Shown here: positions 13,801 to 26,900 of the stretch, one piece after another
How the letters are laid out: the number at the start of each line of letters is the position of its first letter
Numbering within the stretch: the first letter of the stretch is position 1
DNA from: Catajapyx aquilonaris
Lineage: Eukaryota
Direction: 5' to 3'
DNA: 64,000 nucleotides
NCBI GenBank assembly: GCA_000934665.2
Contig: JYFJ02000032.1
Coordinates: 124,001-188,000, forward strand
The notes under the pieces: model-generated
Databases searched by the model: none
What the model was told of the DNA's origin: nothing
What the model saw: only the letters and a program-made list of their open reading frames with translations
Translations under genes and position numbers: made by a program

Positions 13801-14260
13801 CGGAAAGCGCATGGCCAGGCTGAAGTACGGCTGGGTAAATCCAGGCTGACACTAATCCTCTTTCTGCCCGATGGCTGCGAAGAGGAAGCCAAAAAAGGTT
13901 TATTGTTGGGGGGGGAGGCCCGAATTGGTAAGAAGGGAACTAATTTATTGTAGTTGGGCTTGCTGCTCCTACCCCCCTCCACCACCACCACCCCCCACCT
14001 TTTGTTGGTCGGTTCTAAGAGGGGTGAGCTGTAAATCTGCGGGATTTCCGTGATTTACCTTTCATTCCGGAGGGTTTATGGCTTCAGAAGAGGGGGAGTG
14101 ATGGCCAATGTGGCAATCGGCAGCACGCGAATTCAGGTGTTAATGTTATCGCTGCTGCAGGCTCATTGTTAGGGCATAAACGCAAGACTTGCATAAGACG
14201 ATGCCACCACCCGCACCGTTTCCTTTGCTATATGGTAGATAGTGAGGGCTAGTTCAATCA

Positions 14261-14400
14261 GACTTTTTAACTGTCGGTTAATTGGTTGATTAGTCTAAAC
14301 TGGCTTTTAGTTAATCGGCTGATTAGCTTAAACTATCCGGTTAGTTAATTGGTTGATGGCTTAAACTGGTATGTTAGTTCGTAATCAGCCAATTAAAGTC
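14261..14400. repeat. Degenerate 33-34 bp tandem repeat (3 copies) with inverted-repeat ends; possibly MITE-derived
   Basis: Units GTTAATYGGYTGATTAGCTTAAACT...TTA start at 14277, 14310, 14344; 14382-14396 (TAATCAGCCAATTAA) is the reverse complement of the unit start; GACTTT (14261) and AAAGTC (14395-14400) form terminal inverted hexamers. Confidence 0.75.
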
Positions 14401-17400
14401 AAAATAATGCAATCCGTAATGCCGCTGTAAGCTGCAGGTGGCTCATAACTAACTGTTAAAAATAGAGGTAGAACCAGGTATATGAGTGAAGTGTTTGCTT
14501 TTAAAAATTATATGATAATGAAACAGTTATGTGTGGCTATGCAGCGGTTAGAAATTTTTTAGAAGTCAAATGGCGGTTCTATAAGAATCTTAATTTTATA
14601 AAACAGGTGTTCCCGTCGCTGTGGTCAGGTAAATGAATTACTATTCTGCTCAAATTCAGGTTGACGGAAATGTAATCCTGAACCGACCCACTTCAGGGCA
14701 GATTACAAAGGTCATTTAGAGCCTAAGTGGACAACTCCTCTTGCACCTGGCGATACCCTTTTAGCTGCTTGACTGACGCTTTTGGAATAAAATAGATCAA
14801 ATCTCAGCCTGCTGGTGATCCTTGGCATGATTCAGATGCATTTCTACCTGCTTGGTTAGAGAAAATTGTTGGTATTAGTGATCATCAAGGACAGTTAAAA
14901 TTCAGTGTGAGCCACGTGCGTAAACCAAAAATAGACTGAAATTGCACGTTCTTGCAAGTGTATTACTGTATTCATATTAACGACATTTTAACTATTAATG
15001 ATAACTCGACCCTGAACTTTTGTATAACTCGTAAGTAAGATTATTTTCTTTGTAATACGACCACTGATACCCGCAGTTGATCATCGTCTTTACTTCCCGC
15101 TAACAACAGATCGGCATCTTGTAACCCAGAATTGCTCTAGAAAGGCCATATGATGGTAATCACTACTGAGAGCACATTAAACCATACCTCGAAAAAAAAC
15201 TGATACAGATTTATGAATTTTACACGATCAAGCTGCGGAGGATACAAGCCAATAAATCGGAAACTAGGATTACATTCGATATTAATCGTATCATTTTTCC
15301 GTTATATGTAGTTAACCCTCTATCAGATTCTACCTGATATTTCCTCTGCCCTTTTACGGTGGGCTAAGTTAAAATAGGTTTTCCCCTAGTTTAGTAGCTG
15401 CCATGGCGCATCAAGCTCCCAGCATGATGTGTACAGATGGTGACGGCATTTCCAAATTCCTCTGCGCCGAGATTCCAATTACTAACTCGATTTTGACCCG
15501 GCATACCCTACTCGTCATAGGCCGAAATGCTGCAGCACTATTTAATCCATCATGTTGTCGAGGCTTCCCGTTGCTTGCTGCAAATGTCACTGTAAACTGT
15601 ATAGGGGAGTACGACCCTAGATTTGTTCCAAGTCTACACAGTTACGGAATAGTAAAATTTGCCATCTACCTTTTACGGCCACTAAAAAGAGGAAAGTTTC
15701 ATTTAACGAATGTCGCCGCCATCAAAACACTATAGAAGTTTCATCGCGGGTCATCGGAGTTAATCATTCCACGTCATTGCCATCGTTGCAAAATTCCCCA
15801 TCGGGGGTTTTGGCTTTGTTGTCACGTACAAAAGCCTTTCCAACAATTCCACATGCGCTCTTCAATTTGCCGGAAACGTAATGGCACAAGTTGGAGTTAC
15901 ACATGTCAGTTACACTGACAATCCCCGGACAGCAAACCACGATTGAAGCCAGCACTAGTTCTCTCAAAAAATTTCTAACAGGAAGCAACAAGTATTTCCG
16001 CTCTAATGTGACTGCATTATCCGGCAATTCTGGCTTCCACGTGTAATCCGGGGCCCATAGGACTCGTCTCCAGATTTCACACGCAGTAATCAATCCGGGC
16101 CTGTGTGCTGTATACCCAGACTAACTAGCCTTGTGTCCACAGCATTTCCCCCTGAAGGCGGAGTGACTCTCATCAAGGCGGCTGTGTCTTGCTGCTTTCT
16201 CGAGGGGTAGGGCGTTTGAATCAGTACTATCAAGCAGCCTCCATGCACGTCTAAGATGCAGCTTAATTAGATCACGGACTTTGGGAATCCGAGAACTTGG
16301 CTCTTCCCAAAGTCGCGAGTTCCGCTAGAGTTGGCTTGGCTCCGTGCTGAGCGCCACCTTAATTTCAAACCCTCCGATTCCTTCCGGGGAGGAGGAGAAA
16401 CAGACCAAGAGAGAAGGAAGGAAGGAAGGAAGGAACAGTAGATTGAGTGATGTAGGAAAAAGAACAGAGAGACGAAAAAGAGAGAGAAATCAGGAAAAGT
16501 TAATTTTTTTTTTGCGCCTGCACTTTGAGCATCGTAGTTTTTGCGAGGAATGAAGGATATAAAATGGACTCGTGGGGAATATAGAGGAGTCTGTGCTGTG
16601 TCTTTTGTCATGATTTTTTCCCCGCTTTCTTTCAGCACATTTGTTGCGTCATGAATGATTGCTGTTAGCAAGGTATTCTTTACAGTTCCTCCAGACATTG
16701 ATTCCGAGGAAGAATGAAAGCAATTTCTTCAAATTAAAGTTGAAAGGAACTGACTATTGCGAAGCATTAATCAAATTCCTGCTTCGACGGGCATAGATTC
16801 CTATAATCTAAAAATCGATTCTCCGTCGGCAAAGAAGATTTTCAGACTGAAAAGTATAGAGAAAGTTATCATTCCGGAAATTCTGGCTATATAGTTGGCA
16901 AAATGCTTTTGTTGCCAGTTACGCGGTAGATTATGCGATATATACTGCTGCATTATTTTAGTTCATTTTTGTGTACAGTCCGTACACTGCACATTTGCAG
17001 TTCTTTGTATAGGCACATGTCGCCATGCATCTTGTAGATTATAGTTATGCCTATCAGTATAGGCTTATATATAGCGTCGGATATATGCTGAATTTGTGCG
17101 ACTGTATATGACTAGAGCGAGTAAATTCAGCGTGGTTGGGACATTAATTGTGCCTCAATTAGTTTTAACGTGCACCACTGGTCTGAGCTTTCATTACTGT
17201 TTTTGACGAGTAAGGCCTCGTTCAGGTCGACCAGCGCTAATTAAATGACGGAAAATGGCCTTTACCAGGGTTGATTTATCGTCCAGTTTTCATTGTAGGA
17301 AGTCTTCGTGTCGGAGTTATTAAAAGCTCCGTGCAAGAACGCATGGAAATAAAATAAGTGAAACGTGATATAACGCATTAGTGAAGGAGGCGTTTCCGGA

Positions 17401-20400
17401 ATTCCACGAAATCGAAGCTTCGCCTAGGAAACCGTCGTTTATGAAAAAAAAAAGGTAGGGGGAAAAATCGAGTGATCATTCCTGTGTGGACTTGTCCCAA
17501 GTGAAAAATTTCTGCGTGATTCTTAGCTACGAATACTAATTATATCCCGGCACGATACGGAAAAAAAGTCACATTTATCTCCCGCATGTACATTTCCGGA
17601 GTCCGGTGGACAAGCTGTACTTTTAGGCCCGTAAAAAATTGGGACAAAAAGGTGCGCGTCAGCAGTTCACCATGGCGGGCAACTCCCACTTGGCAACACC
17701 ATTATTGCAAGCACAGTGTATATGTTATATACTGTATATTCCACTGAGCAACTAAATGACGACACCATCACGCTGCGACCAGGGCTTGCCGAGAACGCAG
17801 GAGGCCATTGTTGGCCCAACACCGCGCTATTGTTTCGACCCGGAATTTATAATGTGGACGCCATTGTGCAATATTGGTCTTCCCTCAAATTACTCTCCTT
17901 TTAAAAAGGACCTTATATAAAGTACTATACACAACAGGCAGTGCCGGAATCCCCTCTTGTAATTAAAAAGGGTGCGAGAATAATGACCTCGGTGATGCCC
18001 TCCCCATTCTTGTTTTCTGCTGAGCATCCCTCTGGACCTGCGGTATATGCTAGCCACCATATAAATATGTGCAGCAATATTTCATGATTCTCACGAAACC
18101 CCTGTCCAGCAGTGTGAACTTGGGTGGGGTAGAAGGAGTGGTCGCCAATGCTGCTGATATGTGGAAGAAGCTTGTCTGGAGGCAATAACTTCCAACTTTT
18201 GCCATGATTAGGACTCATAGTGTGGTTTAATTAGATTTATTTTACAACACATAATATAATGGCACACAGTGCGTACACGGGGAAAAAATAGCGGAGAGTG
18301 CACTATAGTTAGAGGCAAAACTTGAAAGCTTCCCTAGAGGGAAGCCGACATTCCCACGCTTACTGTGGCATGAAACAATTAAAAGGATAACTGTAGCACT
18401 TTTCCCTCAGGGCTATGGTGGTGGTACGGTGTGTAAGGGACGAGAGACCATTTCGAGGTTTTAGAGAGGGAGGAAGGGGGGATAAAAAAAGAGGAGAGGG
18501 GGCTGGAGGCGCAATGCACTCATGTACACGAGAGATTGTCTACACGAATCATGCGAGCTGGATATTCTAACTAAATTAATGGTCCCCACCATGTCGTGTA
18601 GCTCCATCACCCGGCAGCGGCAATAAAACCGATATGCCAGCCATGATAGCGGCACTTGAAGTGCATCCAAGTGCCATGGGAGGTGACCCACGCCATCTTT
18701 CTTCCTTTGTTTTAAGGATTAGCAATGGAGGACCGTGCACTTCCGATGGATCAAAAAAAAAAAGTCCAGCATATATCTTGGACTGATTTTTAGGACATAT
18801 ATACCAGCAGGGGAGGGGGGAAAAAAGGAAGAACATGTCACTCCTTCCCGGGAGTAATGAAGAAGAATGAGTCGTTTCGACAACCGATAAACAAGGTAGA
18901 TTTGTTCTTCGATCCTATCAGTTTTGATGGCGCGAGCTCCGACTCCATCAGTCCAACAGGTGCGAGATATTTCAGCTCTGAGCTGCCCAATTACGGAGGA
19001 CCTCCTGCAAGAAAAACTCGTTCAAACTAATTTGAGGTGCCTAACTTTCCTTGCCGTTCCATTCCTCCGCCTCGGCGACGTTTCTTGCAGTGACATTTCT
19101 CTTCCCCCCCCCCCCCCCCCNTCTCCATCCCACTACCTTCTTCTTTCGTTCTTTTTTTTCCCCCACCGACCCCAGGGGGACACTGTATATTTTCCCCCAT
19201 TTGTCATAGAAAAAGGAGAAGGAGAATTTTCAAACTTGCCCTTCCAGTAGGCTTGAAAAGAAACTCGGGGCTAATTTATATGGCCACTAAGCAGAGTAGG
19301 CATAATGGCCCATGCGGATGGCATGTGTACCTGACAAAAGTCCGGAGAATTTCTTGGTGGGTACTTCACTGCTGATGTCGGGTGTGAGTGATAACTATGG
19401 CGTTCCATGACTCGTACGGACCAAAAGGGTCCGGTATACCGGTGCCAGCAGGACGCTAATATAAAATGGTGCTTACCTTAGGGATATTTCGTGGGACCAA
19501 GACGGATGTTATTTATTTTTAGTGGACTTGCAGCACTCGGGAGAGATTTTTGTCGTCTTTCTTAACGGGTTGGAATTCTTGCCTGGCTTGCTCGGTCGAA
19601 ATCCATTGGGCCGAGATCATCTGTTTGTCCGCTTTACAGAAACAGATACAAAATTATTTCGGACCATAATGCGAATTTTTTGACAAAAAGTCATTTTGCA
19701 TTGCTGCGAGTAGCCGAATGATATTCAGTGGCCTGCAATTATTCAGCTCTCGGCGGAACGGACTTGGACTTTTTTTTTGTAACCATTTGGGTTGTGGTTA
19801 GGCCAGGCCCCCTTGGTTGGAATCCATGAGAGGGCATGATTAGGTGGGGGAAGCCACGGCATGTTCTCGACTTGTGACCCCTAAATTTCCAGCCCCAGGC
19901 AGCAGCAAAGAGAGGCCTTCTTCTACTTCTTCTCTCTGGTCTGCAGCTCACCTCGCAGCCTCGCCCTTTCCACCTGCTCCCATCTAGGGTTTTCCAGCCC
20001 CAGGCACGCGTTTCACCACGTGTGAGAATGATGGTCAACTTTCCTGCTCTGAAGCAGCAGCCAGCCTGCCAGTTCTGGAAATAACTCGGGGCTTTTCACT
20101 AGAATCACTAGAAAAACGGGCATTTCCCTAGAATAAAAAAGCAACTGCGGGGGCCATTATAACTTCCCCTGTAACGCTGCCAAGTTTTGCCAACTGGAAA
20201 ACTGGGAGTAATTAAATCTATCAAACAATTGGTCGGCATGCGTCATTTTCATGCAACACATACATACAGCAAGCCGCAATGATATTTGCATCCCCAATTT
20301 TTTAGCATGTGGTATCGCCCAAAAAAATACTGCATTACAGCGCCAACAGTCCAAATGAAATTACATCCAGCGAAATGGATAGTCTTGCTGCATATTGGTA

Positions 20401-23400
20401 CATTGATGGGGCCGTCACCCCAGCAAAATTTCGCTGCAACCAAAAATTATATTAGTTGCTATAGGTGTGGCAACATCGCACTAATCTGAGGGTGAATTTT
20501 TGCCACACCGTTGGACCGGCTGAATGGAGAAGTTCATCTAGAGTCCGGTGGCAAGAGCAAGTGGAAATAATTCCAAGAATGCAGGGGCAGGCTTGATGGG
20601 CAGGAACACCAAAGGCCATCAGCAATCAGCGCACGTGGGTTGCCGGCCAACCCACCGCGCCAATGAACAGCCCCACAACAGCATATAAAACTTGGAACGA
20701 ATAATTGAGATTCCGAAATATAAAGACACACACAAAAAAAAAATCTCACCCAGCTCTTATTCCTTAGGGTGCAGTTGAGCACATCTTCCAAGAGGAAAAT
20801 GGGGGAGCCTTTGGACCATTACTAGCGTCGTAAAGCCGAGCCCCGGATTATTGTTTGACCAAGAGTTCCCCCACTCCGGTCATTTTGAATTTAGGACCGA
20901 TTCACGTCCTATCCAGACCCTGTTCGGGATTTGATAAAACACACGATGGGACCAAAGCCGGAGCAAGCTTATAATAAAGGACCGCCATCACTAGGGGGGG
21001 ATTATCTATGCACCCCTGTCTTCCAAGTCGGATGTCATGGCGCCTCGTAAATTTAGTAATCAATAGAAATTATTCGGCTCCGGACCACGGGGGGTGATGA
21101 GCTGGACCCCCAACTTTTTTTTTCGTGGATCCCAAATTTATTTCGGGTAAATGCGTCCAGGAAAACACCGTAATTAAAATGTTGGATGAAAATTGACGCT
21201 ATATCATTATGTAGCGCGCGACCACTCTATCATTACACCAAACAGTATGATGTAATCACTCTGCACACTATTCGGTCAACAAAGGCCCGTCTCTTGTGTC
21301 AGGTAATTACAGGTCCAGTATAGCATGCGCGTCACTTGTAATCACATGTTCCGACTTGGAAACGTGACAGCCGGCTTGGAGACGGGACACCAGAAATTTG
21401 GGACCGGAAGACCCCTGTTTGATGTGGGTACCACCAAGAATGCGTCTCTGAGAAAACTTTTGAGGGGGGGGGGGGACCTATCCCAAGGGCAGATTTTTGT
21501 GGAACAGTGCAACAAGAGAAGTGGGCGCCTTTTGTCGCATAGGCTTCGTCGGGTTCGTGTGTCCGCATCTCCGGGTCTCATTGCACGCTCGGCGCCCAAC
21601 ACACGTTTCCCACATTAGCTTAATAGGCGCGACACTTGGGGACTCGTTGCAAACAAGTCGCCAACCGCGCCAAACGCGTCCGTCTCCGCTTGACATTTTT
21701 CATAACCGCCTTGTCTGCAGCTGGCATTTATATTCCTCTTTGAGAAGACTGCCTCGCTGTGGCTTTGCCCTGTGTACAGTACCCGTAACAATCCGGCAAA
21801 GGTCCGGACACATGATGTTCCTTTTTTCACATAGCATTAATGTAAGTAGGCAGAAGATAGACATGCGATATTCCTTTTTGCATTGTTCCTGTCTGTCCGA
21901 CTGTCCTTCTGTAATTGCGAAACTTGTTCGAGTAAGAGCGAGACTGTAGGCCTCTAATGTATGGTCGGAATGAACAAGGCTACTTTCAAGTTAGAGCCTA
22001 ATTACTCTTAGCCTGAGCTCTCAGAAGAAAGCGACGTTGAAATAATTGCTCTCTGCTATACCTGGCAGGATGATTGGCTGATTTGAATAACCAACAGTGC
22101 AAACATATTTGAATAAGCAGCTCGGAAATTGCTATTATTAAATGCATTACAGCTCATTTTAGTAACACATTGTGTACACACGTGTATTGATGAAAAACAT
22201 GGACTATAGACGTACTACTCTTCCAAACTCTGCATTTACTAAATAGAGGCGTAGCATCCAAGAGAGCGAGAACCTCCTGAACCTGTGCCACGACTCGGCT
22301 TCACCCCCAGTTAATTTTGGGGACTGATTATCCGTTACCCGCGAGATATATTATTTTAGGGAAAGCCATTTCTGGCGGCACACCTGCCGGGTTGTTTGCC
22401 ACGCCCATCTCCGGTAGGTAAATCTGGTGCATAATCGATGGCGGCGTCCTCATTAGTCGGCCTGATATTTCGGCCCAAAGTGATGACGATGTCGGTTTTG
22501 TTGCAGCAAGCAGCAGCTCCGGCCCTGCTGCTCTGAAAGTACAGGGTGGTACATTCACCCGAAGCCATGACACGAATATTTTGCGGAAAATTATGCATGT
22601 TAAAAAAAATATTTAATGGTGATGTCCTGATATTTCTGTCTATACATGTGTCGACTTGGGCTTCACCCTGTACAAGGAGAGCCCCCGTCTCCAATTAGAA
22701 ATATCTCTTGTCTGTGATCTAACAAGAAGCTGGAGGGGCGTTGCTGCTTCCTCCAGGGAACTTGCGTTTGGAGCTGATTGATGGCTAGTTTGCGTCGTGT
22801 CTCCAGACGGGTGGAGCCATACACCTGTAACCGCGCGTCTGGTTGTTAAAAAAGAAATGCTTAGCAGCCCCTGCTCCAATGAGGAAGCTGCGTCAGCTGA
22901 CACCGCCGATTGCGACAGGGTCCTAACGAAGGCTCTTAGGCGGCTGTAATGAGGAGGAAGTAAGCCGGTTGGGCCTCCATTGGTTCACCCAGCCTATATA
23001 TAAGACGGGAGGCCGTTTCCTCGGGCCAGCAAGGGCCGCAGCTGCGATTGCGGGGATTACCCGGCGTGGGAGAAGAGCCCAGCCGGATGCGCACCCGTGC
23101 AACTCTTTTTCGCAGGCATTGGCATAAACTAGCCAAAGCCACTTTAGGCCTGACAAAGGTGTCGTAATGCCCGGGAAAGGCGGTTTTGGTGGGTGTACGA
23201 TCGATGCCTACATCTACTAGGTTAACAGGAGCATGGGATGGAGAAAGAAAAAAGCGGTGGTTTGCCTACAGTCTACACACCCCGTTTATCGCATCAACCG
23301 AGATATGAGCGCGTGTAATCAATTATTCACACGCATGAACGAATACGAGGCGTCTCTGGAGGAGGGAAGTTGAGGCTGCGTATCATGATACGCCGCATCT

Positions 23401-23874
23401 CATCCGGGAGCCAACCAAATTTTTATGTGCGTTTTGGAGCTGGGGGTTTTGAGCAAACGCGGTGTTTCAAAGGCGAGCTTGATTGCAGATCTCTGATGCA
23501 GGCAGCCTCAGAAGGAAAGGGCAGTGCCGGCTCCAGATGTGGTTTCACAGTACCAATTGGCGTAGAAAGTTGCTCAATCAATATGTTGACCGAATATGTG
23601 TTCCCAACTTATGTGCGAACTGTGATTTGCAGAGGGGATCGATCCCAATAATGTTCTTGGGAGCGGAAGCGCGTCAGGATGCGGAAAACTAATTAAACAC
23701 TATCGTAAACTGTGTGTTCATGATACATGACAATAGCCGGACCCTCGTTGTTTTGATTCATTAGCAGCGTAACGGATTATCCAGTGACGATAAAGAGACG
23801 CTATCCAGGTGCATGGTCCATGGTTGCACATGTTTTTCATCCGGCGTCACACACTCTGTCTCTCTTTGTTGCAG

Positions 23875-23944
23875 ACGTGCTGCTGATGGCACTGCCGCTC
23901 TGAGACCCCGGCCATTGGAGAGCACTACTGGATTCAACGAACCG
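23875..23944 (+). other. Candidate 70-nt internal exon (non-coding/UTR or frame-shifting)
   Basis: Acceptor cacactctgtctctctttgttgcAG (AG 23873-23874), about 65 nt AG-free upstream with a CGTCAC branch-like motif; donor CCG|GTAAGT at 23945. Confidence 0.5.
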
Positions 23945-26900
23945 GTAAGTGAGCCTTTTGTTTCACATCGCACGTGGCCATACATCCCAGTATTACACGT
24001 GAACCCCCGGACCTTTTTTTGGGAGGCACAAGGGCGTGTACACATGCAGGACAATCGCAGGATGATTTGCATACTGCTGCAGTTGCAGTTCTTTAAGCGT
24101 GGGGTTTGTGGGTCGGAGAGATGGTATCTTGGGAAAGTAGCAAGGTGGAATAATCCGGGCAGAGTTCCCCCCGTAGTGGAGGCAAATTCTACCACCTCTG
24201 ACAGCCTTCGACTCCCCGGGAATCCCACCTACAAGGCGGAAATGTCCTGATAAGAATTCGATTAAGGAGCAGCTGAGTGGGCCACCGTTTTGCCAGCAAG
24301 AAGGTGCTGTATTCTTGCAGGCTTCACTGCGAAATGCAGCCGTGTTCCTCCTATAAAGGGAGAGATTGCATCACAACCCTTGTTACGTTCACTTGCAATC
24401 AGCGCAACAAACCTTACGTTGATAAGGCCTCGCATTATTCCAGCAACTGAACATTTTCGCACAATTTCTGAGAAAATTGCCTGGTTGAAAAACGCGACCA
24501 TCATAACAATTCACTGTCATACAACTCTATAGGCTCTAATAATTATTATTTTTTATCTGATTGTTTCCGGAGCTTTACCGCCATTACGTCCCCGTTTGAC
24601 AGGCAGTAATCACTTGCGTAGGGGACGTTGAGAGGCCGGAATAAAGCGATTTTGATATTGAATTATCAAGCGGGGACTATAGTGGGGTGTAAAAGTGAGA
24701 CTTGTAAACAGGCCCGAGTCTCCGATTTACGGGGCCGTAATGGAGCAACAGCAGCCAGCCAAGTCTATATTACCTCTGCACCGAGGGGACGTGTAATATA
24801 CGATCGCATTTGAAGTGGACCCTGCCGAGTGGCCAGAAGTGTCAGAATCAGTGATAGGAAGTAGATGTAAATTGACGAAGAGAGTGGGCCCCCGAGCTGC
24901 TGTGTGCGTATGTGTGTGTATATGCAGAAGGGCCGCACCCGGGGATCAAATGCAGCGGGCCTTTTTTAGTGACTAATGTTGCTGAGAGCATAAAGCGTGA
25001 ATAATTAGGTCTGCCATCAATACACGTGGAGCTGACTGGACTTTTGTTCCACCCACTCGCTTCAGCTGTTGGCATTTATATAGACGGTAAACCGCGATTC
25101 TTGGCTTCTCAAAATGTGCAAAAGCGTAACGAAGCCTTGTTTCCTAGTGGCCTTTAAAAACGTCGAGGCCCTGTATGCGAACCAAACGGATTGCTGGCGA
25201 CCGGTGTAGCAAAGTGTAATTAGCCCTGCATGTGCTGGCGTATATATCCAGTATAAAATATTTTTTTTGCGGAACACAGCAACAGCCAATACTAAAGGGA
25301 TACACCAGAAGGTACAAATCAATACCACACTTAAACCAGTCCAGGTAACTTCCCAAAAATAATTCGCAAAATTTTAGCTCCCATGCTGCGTTAGCAACTT
25401 CCATAATTGATATAAATTGAGCAAAAAGAGAGGCTAACTGGCAGTCTAATTCAGTCAGGTTCGGTTTGTGGCGAGCAAAGCGAAGAGTACATGCTGGCTT
25501 CGACCTTTCCCTTCCCATAAAAACTTGCGGCAAGTGCCCGGAACGCATTGACGTCAAGGCCTCTAGTCGGTGCTGCACAAGTCCTCTCCCGAAAAAGGTA
25601 TAGCGCGTCCCTCCGACTCCGGAGCATTTGTTCCACGGGACGTTTACGGCGTGAATTCTAGGCCTCTGCTTACCTTCAAATTGCCTCCACCCTTCGTGGA
25701 ATGAAGAAAAATGTGATGCTGGCAACCCGGGCGAATCAGTGTGCTTGCGGACCTGTCGCCTTCAGTCTTAGGCAAACTCCTCTGGAAATCCTGGCAGACA
25801 ATATTTTCATAACCTTTCCTTGACTTGCTGGGGGCTTCACCTGTCTCCCAGCCTTGGGAAGATCACACAAAGTGACTCATCCTCTGTGTTTAAAGAGGTC
25901 GCTTGTGTTGTTTCTTCTGGTTCAAAGCATCATTTACCCCTCCCACTTGTTATATACCTGGCCTTGTACGGACATGTTTCTTTGGAAAGGAACGCGTCTT
26001 ATACACAGGACACGACCTGACAAATGTTGGTACTGATAACTGCAACTCACATCTGGCGACACGGCCAATTGCTACTAGTCAGTCCTTATCATCCGGCCTG
26101 GTACCAACCTGTCGTGTAAATTCGCTTTAATTTTGACCGGCCCAATATTTTGTCATGTACAATGCATTATTTCTCAGCGAGTGACCAGCTCCAGATAAAA
26201 AAAGCGGGCTTGATAAACGCGAACAAGGGTAGGTTGCCCCACCCTGCTTGGAGCTGTTACACCGGAGGTAAAAAGAGGATGGTTGGTCCAGACAGCCTGA
26301 GAGTGTGACGTGCTGGGAGGGAAAAGTCAGGAGCAGCAGGAGAAGGCTATGGGACTGAGAGCTAGTTGCAGGATGAGCCCGGAATGATAATATTAAGCCC
26401 CATTAGGGGCAGAGTAATTAAGCGCTCTCCCGTTCTCATCCATGCGGGTCACGCCTTGCCTCTTTGCGGTCTGAATTCCCAAGAAGGCCGCTCAGAGCAG
26501 CCAAAGATCGTGTTCTCCGGGACTGATCCTCTGAAACAAATGAAATAACTTGTCCGTCATTCTCTGGAGGGGTTATAGCACGGATTAGAGTGAACGCCAT
26601 GTCTGGGAAAAAGGCTGGGCACATCGGGATCTACCTGTGGGAATACGCATGCGCGACTGGAGCGACTAATCCACCCCTGATGGATCAGTCATGTTTGACA
26701 TTGCTGAAGATCAACTCTAGCAGTTAGGCCCTCCCTGTATGGTTTTCTCACGATATCTCCACCCGAATTCACGCAGGAAAAATTATGGCTTTGTTCCAGT
26801 CTCCATTTCCAAGAGATAATTAAGTTGACTGTACTGATGCACTTGCCCTACATACACTGCCAGCTTGGGGAGTGGAGCTTTAAAAAAAACGCAGGCGTGG

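Noticed and set aside
14277..14376. 33-bp repeats as a CRISPR array
   Set aside because: Units are contiguous and degenerate with no unique spacers; eukaryotic context; no cas genes.
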